Source: Bacteroidota bacterium (GTDB taxonomy: Bacteria; Bacteroidota; Bacteroidia; CAILMK01). Taken from it: a stretch of DNA of 64,000 bases. The stretch covers positions 1,397 to 65,396 of the forward strand of contig JAPLCZ010000164.1 of the NCBI GenBank assembly GCA_026391915.1, in the 5' to 3' direction. A program made the translations under genes and the position numbers. The notes beneath the pieces are model-generated. The model had not been told where the DNA came from. It ran no database searches and worked only from the letters and a program-made list of their open reading frames with translations. This document shows, piece by piece, positions 9,550 to 19,600 of this stretch (position 1 is the first letter of the stretch; the number at the start of each line of letters is the position of its first letter).

Positions 9550-11859
9550 TTGGCAGCAGAAGACGGCAAAAAAACCTCCACCAAAAAGAAGATAAAACTT
9601 AGGTTTTGGGCTAAGGTAGTGCGGATAAGCCTCTACACCCTTGCCGGATTTTTCCTTTATTTTTTATTGGTGGATATTAATTTTCTATGGCTCTTTGGCA
9701 AAAGCCCAAGCATCTCTGATTTAAAAAATCCTAGGATGAGTCAGGCATCAGAAATATATACAGCTGATGGTGTTTTGTTGGGGAGATATTACGCTGAAAA
9801 CCGCAGTCCTGTGAATTACAAAATGCTTCCTCAGCACCTCATCAATGCACTTATTGCTACAGAGGATGTACGCTATTATGACCACCATGGGGTTGATTTC
9901 AAATCTGTAGTTTCCATCTTTTATTACGCAGCAAAAGGGGATAACAGAGGCGGAAGTACCATCACCCAGCAGCTGGCAAAAAATCTTTATAAAACAAGAA
10001 AGGATGTTAGCAAAGGATTGCTTGGCAGCATCCCCGGATTCAAAACTTTTATCAGCAAAACCAAAGAATGGATAACAGCCTTTAAACTGGAAAGCAATTT
10101 TGACAAGAAAGAAATCCTCACCCTCTATTTCAATACTGTTGATTTTGGAAGCAATACTTTTGGCATCCGCACCGCGGCAAAAACTTTTTACAATACCACG
10201 CCGGATAGCCTCAGCATTAACCAATCAGCGGTGCTAGTAGGCTTGCTAAAAGCGCCTACTTATTATAGCCCGTTGGCAAATCCTAAGAATTCTTTGATGC
10301 GCAGAAATACCGTCCTTTCTCAAATGGAAAAATATGGTTTCTTAAAAAATGAAGAGAAAGAAGCAGTAAGTTCAGAACCTCTCATTTTGGATTTTCATGT
10401 TGATAATCCTTATGATGGTCCCGGGGTTTATTTCCGCGGAGTGATGAATAATTACTTAAAAGAATGGGGCAAAAAAAACGGGTACGACCTCTACACAGAT
10501 GGGCTAAAAATCTACACAACTATTGATAGCCGTTTGCAGAAATTGGCAGAAGAATCTGTTGCTGAACACATGCGCCCTTTGCAAAAAAGATTTAACAATC
10601 ATTGGGAAGGAAGAAACCCTTGGGTGGATGAGAGGAATAAAGAAATGCCCTTTTTTATTGATTCTCTTGTTAAGAAATCAGACTATTATAAATTCATTGC
10701 TAAGAAATATAAAGACCGCCCTACCATGCTCACCAAACTACTTAACAAAAAGCGCAGGATGAAAGTTTTTACATGGAAGGGTGATAAGGATACCTCATTC
10801 AGCATGATGGATTCTATAGCCTATTACAAACATTTTCTCCATGCCGGATTTATGGCCATGGACCCCAACACGGGCTACATAAAAGCATGGGTGGGTGGCA
10901 TCAATTATAAGTACTTTAAGTTTGACCATGTGAAGCAGGCAAAGCGCCAACCGGGCTCAACTTTTAAGCCCTTTGTGTATGCCGCAGCTTTTGAAAAAGG
11001 CTACTCCCCTTGCGACAGATTGCGTGATGAACCCATCACCATAAACTATGTAGAGAATGGTGAAAATAAATCATGGTCGCCACATAATGCCGATTGGGAA
11101 TTTACAGGAGATAGTATGAGTTTGCGCCATGCGATGGCACTTTCCATCAATGCTATTGCCGCAAAGATGACAGAGAAAATTGGTTGGAATACCGTGGCAG
11201 AATATGCCCGCAAATGCGGCATCCGCACTCCTATAAAAGCTGTGCCCTCCATCTGCCTTGGCTCTAATGATGTTAGCCTTTATGAACTCGTGGGGGCTTA
11301 TGGCACTTTCATGAATTATGGCGAATGGATTGAGCCTGCTTTCATCACAAAAATCACAGATAAAAATGGAAAGGTCTTGCACACTTTTGTTGCGCATAGA
11401 GAAAAAGCCATCAGCGAAGAAACTGCTTTTTTAATGAGCTATATGTTGCAGGGAAGTATTGAAGAAGGTGGCACTTCAGCCAACCTCTGGACGTATGATT
11501 TATGGAAACATAACAACCGTATGGGCGGCAAAACCGGCACCAGCAGCAACCACTCAGATGGCTGGTTTGTGGGTGTAGCAAACGGAATGGTAGGTGGAGT
11601 TTGGGTAGGTGGTGAAGACCGCTGTATCCACTTCCGTACTACAGATATGGGAGAAGGTTCGCAAACTGCATTACCTATTTTTGGTTTGTTTATGGAGAAA
11701 GTTTATGCTGATGAATCCTTGGGATTTAAGCAAGGCCCGCTACCAAAACCAAGAGTAAAAATCAACAAAACTTATATGTGCAATGGTGGCAAACCACGTC
11801 ATCAAAAAAAGGCAGACAGCACCACTGTTGAGGTAGGAGATTTGGAGAAAATAAAATAA
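9550..11859 (+). CDS. mrcA: penicillin-binding protein 1A (bifunctional glycosyltransferase/transpeptidase)
   Basis: 769 aa with TTG start and an N-terminal TM helix. GT51 motifs (EDVRYYDHHGVDF, GGSTITQQLAKN), then transpeptidase motifs (STFKPFVYAAAFE, SIN, KTGTS). Confidence 0.9.
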   Translation: MAAEDGKKTSTKKKIKLRFWAKVVRISLYTLAGFFLYFLLVDINFLWLFGKSPSISDLKNPRMSQASEIYTADGVLLGRYYAENRSPVNYKMLPQHLINALIATEDVRYYDHHGVDFKSVVSIFYYAAKGDNRGGSTITQQLAKNLYKTRKDVSKGLLGSIPGFKTFISKTKEWITAFKLESNFDKKEILTLYFNTVDFGSNTFGIRTAAKTFYNTTPDSLSINQSAVLVGLLKAPTYYSPLANPKNSLMRRNTVLSQMEKYGFLKNEEKEAVSSEPLILDFHVDNPYDGPGVYFRGVMNNYLKEWGKKNGYDLYTDGLKIYTTIDSRLQKLAEESVAEHMRPLQKRFNNHWEGRNPWVDERNKEMPFFIDSLVKKSDYYKFIAKKYKDRPTMLTKLLNKKRRMKVFTWKGDKDTSFSMMDSIAYYKHFLHAGFMAMDPNTGYIKAWVGGINYKYFKFDHVKQAKRQPGSTFKPFVYAAAFEKGYSPCDRLRDEPITINYVENGENKSWSPHNADWEFTGDSMSLRHAMALSINAIAAKMTEKIGWNTVAEYARKCGIRTPIKAVPSICLGSNDVSLYELVGAYGTFMNYGEWIEPAFITKITDKNGKVLHTFVAHREKAISEETAFLMSYMLQGSIEEGGTSANLWTYDLWKHNNRMGGKTGTSSNHSDGWFVGVANGMVGGVWVGGEDRCIHFRTTDMGEGSQTALPIFGLFMEKVYADESLGFKQGPLPKPRVKINKTYMCNGGKPRHQKKADSTTVEVGDLEKIK

Positions 11860-11860
11860 A

Positions 11861-11889
11861 AAAGCCACCTAACATGGTGGCTTTTTATT
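11861..11889 (+). terminator. rho-independent terminator after the PBP1A gene
   Basis: AAAAAGCCACC-taacat-GGTGGCTTTTTATT. Confidence 0.75.
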
Positions 11890-11911
11890 CACTAAATTTT
11901 GGTTGAACTTC

Positions 11912-12634
11912 TTACCTTCTGTTACCAAATAATCTTAATAGATAAAGGAAGATATTTAAGAAATCAAGGTATAAATTGAGTGCGCCAAAGATGGCAAGTT
12001 TGCCAACAGAAGCACTTCCTTGTTCATCAAATTCTATCCCTGCGCCAATGCGTTTTAGCTTCTGCATATCGTAGGCTGTTAAGCCCATAAATACAATTAC
12101 ACCAATGAAACTAATCACATAGCTCATAGTGCTGCTACCCATAAATGCATTAATAATACTTGCAAGAATAATCCCTATCAAACCAAACATCATGAGTTTT
12201 CCAAAACTGGTTAAATCCGTTTTAGTAGTGTAGCCTGCTACAGCCATAATTCCAAAAACTGCAGCTGCTACCCCGAAGGTTGAAATAACAGAACCCATTT
12301 GATAGATGATAAAAATAAAACTTAGACTCATGCCTGTGAGTACAGAATAAGCGATGAATAAACCAATCATTGCAGGGAGGGAAAGTTTGTTGTAGCCTAA
12401 ACTCATCCCAAAGACAAATGCAAGCGGGGCAAACATCACTATCCACCCAAAGGCTGTCATCCCAGTTTCACTAACTAAATAATTAATTAAGCTTGTTGTT
12501 CCAAAGATGTATGCAGTAAATGCACTTATACCAAGAGCCACTGCCATCCAAGTAAATACTTTTGCTAAAAATATTTTAGCTACTTCTGCGGTTTCGTCTA
12601 CCGCTTTTGTGTATTGAATTTCGTTGTTTTCCAT
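11912..12634 (-). CDS. Bax inhibitor-1/YccA family membrane protein
   Basis: Seven predicted TM helices. The start MENNEIQYTKAVDETAEVAKIFLAKVFTWMAVAL is typical of bacterial BI-1 proteins. The listed ORF extends to 12757, but the ATG at 12634 is the likely start. Confidence 0.75.
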   Translation of the reverse strand: MENNEIQYTKAVDETAEVAKIFLAKVFTWMAVALGISAFTAYIFGTTSLINYLVSETGMTAFGWIVMFAPLAFVFGMSLGYNKLSLPAMIGLFIAYSVLTGMSLSFIFIIYQMGSVISTFGVAAAVFGIMAVAGYTTKTDLTSFGKLMMFGLIGIILASIINAFMGSSTMSYVISFIGVIVFMGLTAYDMQKLKRIGAGIEFDEQGSASVGKLAIFGALNLYLDFLNIFLYLLRLFGNRR

Positions 12635-12791
12635 TGTTTGTTTTTTTAAGTTTTGGAGTTTGCTGTTTGTCAAATTAAAGACCAAAATTAATGGTTGCAA
12701 CCAATATGAAAAATTGGCAGTGATAGATTTAATCTTGTCTTTTAAATTTATAAACATTTGATTTCAGATATTTGCCCCTTAATTCTTAAAA

Positions 12792-13766
12792 ATGAAATAT
12801 CAAGCTGATGACCTCGCGTGTTTTTCTAAGCAAATAGAATTTGCTCTTGCCAATTATTCTTCCCCTAAAATTAACCTCGCTGATTATAACAATATTATCC
12901 TTGCTGGGCTTGGAGGCTCAGGCATTGCAGGCAGAATTATCAAAAGTCTTTTGTTTGCCAATTGCCCTTTACCGGTAGAGGTAATTTCAGATTATGAGCT
13001 TCCCGCATACGCAGGTAAAAAGACGCTGGCAATCATGAGTTCTTACTCTGGTAACACAGAAGAAACCCTCTCCATGTATGCCAAAGCAAAAGCTAATGGA
13101 TGCAGTATCATCTGCATTTGTACAGGTGGCAAATTGGCTGAATTAGCCAATGCAGATGGTTATAAATTGTATAAAGCAGAGGCTGGTTTCCAACCCCGTA
13201 TGGCGTTGGGTTATTCACTAAGTTATCTCTTACTTTTGTTTGGGGAGATAACAGCAATTGATAATAAAACAGAATTAAAAGCCGCAGCAGTAGCGTTGGT
13301 AAACACCCCCATTTATTTGGGTGAGGGATATAAATTCTTTGATTTTATTAAGCCACAACTTCCTGCAAAAACAATTATTGTTACTGATTATTTCTGCAAC
13401 CCAATTGGTTTGCGGTTTTGCCAACAACTTCAGGAAAACGCAAAAGTGGAAGCATTTTTACATGAGTTACCCGAGGTAAATCATAATGTAATAGAAAGTT
13501 ATTACGGCAAAATGGATTCTGTTTTTTTCTTTATAAATGCAGGGCTAAACGAAAGAACCAATTTGCGTTTTGGATTCCTAAAAAGTCTATTAGAAAAAAA
13601 CGGAAATTACGTAATAAGCATTGAAGTGCAACCCAACCTTGTCAATACCCTTGAGGTGATTTATACCCTTGATTGGATTTCATTAATTATTGCAAATCAC
13701 AGAGAAGTGAACTCTTCCGCAATCCATAACATTAATGCTTTAAAAGAGTTTTTAGGCAAGAATTAA
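12792..13766 (+). CDS. SIS-domain bifunctional phosphoglucose/phosphomannose isomerase family protein
   Basis: 324 aa with GLGGSGIAG and a SIS fold (SSYSGNTEETL). Confidence 0.65.
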   Translation: MKYQADDLACFSKQIEFALANYSSPKINLADYNNIILAGLGGSGIAGRIIKSLLFANCPLPVEVISDYELPAYAGKKTLAIMSSYSGNTEETLSMYAKAKANGCSIICICTGGKLAELANADGYKLYKAEAGFQPRMALGYSLSYLLLLFGEITAIDNKTELKAAAVALVNTPIYLGEGYKFFDFIKPQLPAKTIIVTDYFCNPIGLRFCQQLQENAKVEAFLHELPEVNHNVIESYYGKMDSVFFFINAGLNERTNLRFGFLKSLLEKNGNYVISIEVQPNLVNTLEVIYTLDWISLIIANHREVNSSAIHNINALKEFLGKN

Positions 13767-13803
13767 AATCGTAAAATTACAGACTTGCCCTTAGTTTTGC
13801 CCC

Positions 13804-14211
13804 GTGTTATTATTATTTGAATTCACCAAAGAGTTTGTTTTTAAGTTCATGCGGTTTGGCGCGGTTGGCGTTAGCGGTACGGCACTGGATTTTGGAATTA
13901 CTTATCTCAGCAAAGAGATTTTTAAAACCTCTAAATACATTGCCAATGCATTGGGTTTTGTTATTGCTGCAAGTAGTAATTATTACCTCAATCGCATCTG
14001 GACTTTCCATAGTTCAGACTCCCATGTTGGGATGGAATTCACCCGTTTTTTTACCGTAGCATTAATTGGTTTGGGGATTAACACCCTCATTATTTATTAC
14101 GTAAATCAGAAGTTGGGAAAAAACTTTTATGTGGCAAAAGTGGTAGCAACCGGCGTAGTTCTTATGTGGAATTTTTTAGCGAATCAGTTTTATACCTTTG
14201 CTACAAAGTAA
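13804..14211 (+). CDS. GtrA family membrane protein
   Basis: 135 aa. KEFVFKFMRFGAVGVSGTALDFG...NYYLNRIWTF is the GtrA signature. The start is GTG at 13804, or a later start near MRFGAVG. Confidence 0.7.
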   Translation: MLLLFEFTKEFVFKFMRFGAVGVSGTALDFGITYLSKEIFKTSKYIANALGFVIAASSNYYLNRIWTFHSSDSHVGMEFTRFFTVALIGLGINTLIIYYVNQKLGKNFYVAKVVATGVVLMWNFLANQFYTFATK

Positions 14212-14249
14212 TTACCTAACTCCAACCCTGCCTGCATAAAACAATTGGG

Positions 14250-14276
14250 TAGGCCTCTCCAAGGGAGAGGGGGCAA
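14250..14276 (+). terminator. hairpin GGCCTCTCC-aagg-GAGAGGGGGC downstream of gtrA
   Basis: An 8-9-bp GC stem immediately after the gtrA stop. The same CCTCTCCAARGGAGAGG hairpin recurs at 61421..61441. Confidence 0.45.
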
Positions 14277-14323
14277 GAAAACTCCTTAATACAATTTTAA
14301 CAAGCCACTTTAGCGGTGTATTG

Positions 14324-14331
14324 TACTTTTG
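14324..14331 (+). promoter_or_regulatory. -7 box TACTTTTG upstream of the CoA-binding protein gene
   Basis: Exact TAnnTTTG, 13 nt upstream of the ATG at 14344. Confidence 0.4.
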
Positions 14332-14343
14332 CAGTAAATCAAT

Positions 14344-14700
14344 ATGAAAACATTAGTATTAGGCGCTTCCACCAATCCAAGCAGATACTCATTTATTGCA
14401 GTAAATAGATTGCTGCAGCATGGGCATCAAGTGTATGCTGTGGGGATAAAAAAAGGAAGCATTGCCGGGATTGAAATCAATAACGGCAAGCCCGAATATA
14501 CTGATGTGGATACAGTAACACTTTACTTAAACCCTACCCACCAAAAGGAGTGGTATAGTTACCTCATCAACCTTAAACCACGCCGCATTATTTTTAACCC
14601 CGGCACTGAAAATCCGGTATTTGAAAAGCTGGCAAATGATGCAGGAATAGAAACTGAAGAAGCTTGTACTTTAGTAATGCTAAGCACTGGTGTTTATTAA
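14344..14700 (+). CDS. CoA-binding domain protein
   Basis: 118 aa. MKTLVLGASTNPSRYSFIAVNRLLQHGHQVYAVG is a typical CoA_binding_2 N-terminus. Confidence 0.7.
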   Translation: MKTLVLGASTNPSRYSFIAVNRLLQHGHQVYAVGIKKGSIAGIEINNGKPEYTDVDTVTLYLNPTHQKEWYSYLINLKPRRIIFNPGTENPVFEKLANDAGIETEEACTLVMLSTGVY

Positions 14701-14729
14701 AATTAAAACATAAAAATCGCATAATAAAA

Positions 14730-15728
14730 ATGAAAGCAGTAATCCCCGTAGCTGGTATAGGCTCACGCCTTAGGCCACACACCCACACCCAACCCAAAGC
14801 GCTGATTCCGGTAGCAGGAAAGCCTATTTTGGCACATATCATTGACTCTTTGCAAGAGGCGGGTTTCAATGAATTTGTGTTTATTATTGGGTATCTTGGA
14901 GAGAAAATTCAGGAGTATGTAAAGGATGAGTATGGAGATAAAATCAACAGCACTTTTGTGGTGCAATCAGTACGCGAAGGGATTGCCCACGCCATATGGA
15001 CTACCAAAGAATTTATTGAAGGGGAGGACGAAATTATCATAGCCCTTGGTGATACCATTTTTGATATGGACATGAAGGATTTTATGGCTACACCACACTC
15101 TGCTTTAGGCACTAAAAAAGTAGACGACCCACGCCGCTTTGGGGTGGCAGAATTGGACAGCAATCACTTCATCACAAAGTTGGTGGAGAAGCCTGCTATC
15201 CCACTTTCTAACCTTGCCTTAGTGGGAATTTATAAAATCAAAAATGTGGATGGATTGCTATCTTCCATCAAACATATTATTGAAAATGACATCCGCACTA
15301 AAAATGAATTTCAGCTAACTGATGCGCTGATGCACATGATTGAAGGTGGTGAGAAATTCACTAGCTATGCCGTGGATAATTGGTTTGATTGCGGAAAAAA
15401 AGATGCCCTTTTGGAAACCAATGCTATCCTTTTAAAGAAGCCAAATTTTGGTCAATCAGCCTCTAATAATTTTGAGAATACCATCATTATTCCACCTGTA
15501 AATATCCACCCCAATTGTGATATTAAGCACTCCATTATAGGTCCAAATGTTTCTATTGGTCCTAAGGCAATTATAGAAAATTCTATTATCTCAGAATCTA
15601 TTATTGGCCCTGATGCCCACATCAAAAATGTGGTGCTTTATAATTCTTTAATTGGGAATGAGGCAACCCTAATAGGCATGAAACAAAGCCTTAATTTGGG
15701 AGATAGCGCTGAAATTAATTTTGAATAA
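14730..15728 (+). CDS. sugar-phosphate nucleotidyltransferase with a C-terminal left-handed beta-helix (hexapeptide) domain
   Basis: MKAVIPVAGIGSRLRPHTHTQPKALIPVAGKPIL is the NTP_transferase signature. The C-terminal PNCDIKHSIIGPNVSIGPKAIIENSII is hexapeptide repeats. The ATG at 14730 is preferred over the track start at 14664, which overlaps the previous gene. Confidence 0.75.
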   Translation: MKAVIPVAGIGSRLRPHTHTQPKALIPVAGKPILAHIIDSLQEAGFNEFVFIIGYLGEKIQEYVKDEYGDKINSTFVVQSVREGIAHAIWTTKEFIEGEDEIIIALGDTIFDMDMKDFMATPHSALGTKKVDDPRRFGVAELDSNHFITKLVEKPAIPLSNLALVGIYKIKNVDGLLSSIKHIIENDIRTKNEFQLTDALMHMIEGGEKFTSYAVDNWFDCGKKDALLETNAILLKKPNFGQSASNNFENTIIIPPVNIHPNCDIKHSIIGPNVSIGPKAIIENSIISESIIGPDAHIKNVVLYNSLIGNEATLIGMKQSLNLGDSAEINFE

Positions 15729-16677
15729 ACAGGGATTGGAGAACAACCGAATCACCGAACTTTTTGGAATTGAATACCCCATTATTCAGGCGGGGATGAT
15801 ATGGTGCAGCGGATGGAAATTAGCCGCCGCCGTAAGCAATGCAGGAGGGTTAGGATTAATAGGTTCCGGCTCTATGTATCCTGAGGTTTTACGGGAACAT
15901 ATCCAAAAATGCAAAGCTGCCACCAACAAACCTTTTGGGGTTAATGTGCCCTTGCTTTATCCTGATATTGATAAGCATATTGCCATCATTATTGAGGAAG
16001 GAGTTAAGATAGTTTTTACCTCTGCGGGTAATCCAAAAACATGGACTGCTGCCCTCAAAGAAAAAGGAATTACAGTAGTGCATGTGGTATCAAGTGTAAA
16101 ATTCGCCAAGAAGTGCGAGGAGGCTGGAGTGGATGCTGTGGTGGCAGAAGGTTTTGAGGCTGGAGGCCATAATGGCAGAGAAGAAACCACCACTTTTGTT
16201 TTGATTCCAGCAGTGCGGGATGCCATCAAAATTCCCCTAATTGCGGCAGGCGGAATTGGCAATGGAAGAGGCATGTTAGGCGCTATGGCTTTGGGTGCAG
16301 ATGGGGTACAAATAGGGACTCGCTTTGTGGCTTCTGAAGAGAGCTCTGGCAATATTGCTTTTAAAAATGCACTCATCAATTCTAATGAAGGCGACACCAA
16401 ACTTATGTTAAAGCAACTTACCCCTGTGAGGTTGTTACGCAATCATTTTTTTGAAGAAATAGAAGCCGCCGAAAAACGTGGTGCAAGTATAGAAGAACTC
16501 ACCCAACTCCTTGGTAAAGCGAGAGCAAAGCATGGTATGTTTGAGGGCAATCTTGAGGAAGGAGAATTAGAGATTGGGCAGGTATCTGCCTTTATAAAAT
16601 CCATAAAACCAGCAGCAGGAATTGTAGCAGAAATCTGGGGAGATTTTAAAAGACTTAAGGAATTATTTTCTAAATAG
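15721..16677 (+). CDS. nitronate monooxygenase / 2-nitropropane dioxygenase family protein (FabK-like)
   Basis: ITELFGIEYPIIQAGMIWCSGWKLAAAVSNAGGLGLIG is the NMO family N-terminus. TTG start at 15721 or 15736. Confidence 0.8.
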   Translation: MNKQGLENNRITELFGIEYPIIQAGMIWCSGWKLAAAVSNAGGLGLIGSGSMYPEVLREHIQKCKAATNKPFGVNVPLLYPDIDKHIAIIIEEGVKIVFTSAGNPKTWTAALKEKGITVVHVVSSVKFAKKCEEAGVDAVVAEGFEAGGHNGREETTTFVLIPAVRDAIKIPLIAAGGIGNGRGMLGAMALGADGVQIGTRFVASEESSGNIAFKNALINSNEGDTKLMLKQLTPVRLLRNHFFEEIEAAEKRGASIEELTQLLGKARAKHGMFEGNLEEGELEIGQVSAFIKSIKPAAGIVAEIWGDFKRLKELFSK

Positions 16678-16684
16678 CACAAGG

Positions 16685-19600
16685 CTATGGTGTCAACGTA
16701 TACCTTAAACTAAACCCAATGTTGTGCTGCGAGGTTGGGTATTGCGTGGATACGTGTGGGGTGGTGAGTTGGCGTTTGTAGAATATTTTTGCGGTAAGGG
16801 ACTTAGAAAGTACATAATCAATATTGGGTTGCAGAGAAAGTATCTGCTGCCCAGATGCCGATTGCGCCTGCCCTTGGTCTAACACACGGATGGTGGTTTT
16901 GTTATCACGGATGGAGAAATCCAATCTTGCTGTTAATTCGTTTTGCAGGTAGAATTTCTTTTTGCCCCGCCTTGCAAAAGGGATTAAAAATTTATTGGTT
17001 TTGTAGCCCGCACCAATAGTAAACTCATCGCTTTTTATTTCGGTGAGCTGGTAGTTGGTAAAGCCAAAAGAAAGGTTGCGTGATTTCTTATATTCTATCC
17101 TTGTGGTCATGTTATTTACCCAAGTAATATCCAATCCGCCAAGGGGGGCAAAGTCCTCTGTAATTACCATATTATCTATTTGCAATTTAGCACGGAGGTT
17201 GGTATCACCTACAGCTTTTTTGTTAGGGTCATAGAGCAAAGTAGTTTGGTAATTTCCAACAGTGTAAAGTGATTTATAGGAATGGTTAAAGGTGATATTC
17301 TTGGCGAATTTTTTCACGAATTCTATATTATTTAAGCCGTTATAATTCACACGCCAATTAGGCATTGGCATATTAATAAAAGGACTCAGGGCAATGGTAT
17401 TGGCATCTTTTCCTAAATAGGCCGCCATAAAAGAATACATCAAAACTTCTTGCTGTGTGCCACCATATCCCATAGGGAAACCTGTGGTCGGATTTATCTT
17501 TCCACGGTTCACAATGTTATCATCTGAGAGGCGGCGGGCTACAATAAGTCTGTTGAGTTGCAACTGCTCAAACACAGGCGAAATATTATTGGGTTTGTCT
17601 TTTATAAAGGAGGTAGAAATAGGCAAAATTGAAATGCTAAAACTCCCTGTAGTCACAGGTGCATAGGCTTGGTAATGTCCATTGTCAGCCTCAGTCCATC
17701 TGTATAAAGTCTGGTAATTTTCTACATAGCGCTTGGTAAAATCAACAGTAATCCTAAAGTTTTTTAGGGGTTCAAGAGTTGCGTTTCCTGTGAAATTAAT
17801 CGTCTTGGTTTTTATAAGATAGGCAGTGTAGGAAGTATCAATATTTTTGCCCTTCTGCAACCAATCATTATCAGCAATAGTTTTTTGTAAAGAGGCTACA
17901 TCCTGTTGCAAGCCCAGCACAAATAATGGCCCGGGTGCAAAGGCATTGTTTGGGTCCATCCCTAAATATTTTGCCTGATGTTGGAAGCCAGGAATCGTTG
18001 TTCCCTCTCCATAACTATAGTTTACGGAAACTGCCCGTATTGTCATTAAAAGGCGAAGGGAATTTTCCGCCAATCTTATAGCACCTTCATTAATGGGTAT
18101 CTGTTTTTCTAACGTGTCTTTGCCTGTTTTGCTACGCTTTTTATTCGCCTCTTCCTGTTGTTTCTTTTTGATATCTTCAATATTACTTTGCCCTTGAACA
18201 ATCTTTTTCAGGAAAGGAATTTTGCTGTATAGACCTGCAAAATTTAGCTGACCGTTTATGTTAATATTCTCAGCATTGGAGATAGTATTTTTAATATTAG
18301 GGCTTGCGGGAGGCGCACCTGCCCATCCATAAGTACCCTGATAAGTAGTTTGCAATGTAGTCCAATCCAATAGCGGTAATTTGTTGATGGGCACATCATA
18401 ACTCAAGGATACATTATGGTTATAGCCATATAATCTTGGGCTGATAATATTGTTTTTTACAGAATCCTTTTTCCATTGCTGGTCAATCTTTCCATCAGGC
18501 TCTGATACTCTCAAATCTGCCTTGCCGCTATAGCTAAATTTTAAAGATTTGGCGAGGTTGTAGCGGAAATCATAGGTGCGGTTCATCTTAAAATACTTAT
18601 CATAAATTGGGATGATTTGGGATTTGTAATCATCCGTATTTCTATAAAGTATTTCGCCAAATTTTCTATCTACGGACTGGGTGAAAGCAAAAGTTTGTGG
18701 CAGGTAATAGAAGTTGAATTCTGAAATCAATTTTAGGTAAGGCCCTGCCTTTCCTTCTCCTAATTTTTTGAAGGGCTCTACAGATTTTGCTTTGAAATTA
18801 TAGTTGTAGCCAATGACGCCTTTGTAGAGTTTGTCATAGTCATAAATCTTTTCAATATTCCTTTTAAAAACCTCGGAATAGGAATAAGTAACATATACAT
18901 TTTCAATATCCCAAGGGTAAGAGCTTTTGCGCTTTGGGTTAGGCATTTTCTTCACGTTAGTGAAGTTGAGATTTGTTCTTGAAGTAAAATCCAGATTTGC
19001 TTTTAGCACGGAATCCTTTTTACTTGGGAAACCATCATAAGCATTCACCACATCGTTAAAAGGCAAATCCTGCCTGAGGGGGTTGAACCTTGGGCGCTGA
19101 GAATTTTCAGAATAACTTACATAAAAAGGTATCTCCAAATACAACATTTTGGGTAGCAATTTCCCAAGCCTCAATGAAGAGGCAATATCAAAAGTAGAAG
19201 TTTCTTTTTGGCTGCGTTGCTGCACTGATTGTTCTAAAGTTCCAAAGCCAATTGACCGCCTTGTTACGGAAGAAGACACTGTTCCTAAATCAGCCAGCTT
19301 AACATTGGCACTAAGGTTAGCTGCCCATCCGGTGCTTTCATCAAACTCGGTAATTCGTAGCTCATCCAACCAAAATTCTCCGCACAAAGGCTTGCCATCA
19401 TCTTTCGGGTTTCTTATCCCAATCATAATGGTTTTCATATTTCCCAAATCCGGATTTCCTACCACCGTTACTATCCCTTTTCCATCCGCCGCGGCTGTGG
19501 TAAAAGGGGCAAGCAAGCTGGCGCCTTTTACTTCTCGCAATTGTTTTGCGCCGTATAAATCTGATAATAAAATATCCATCCTATTTTGTTCAGGCCATAT

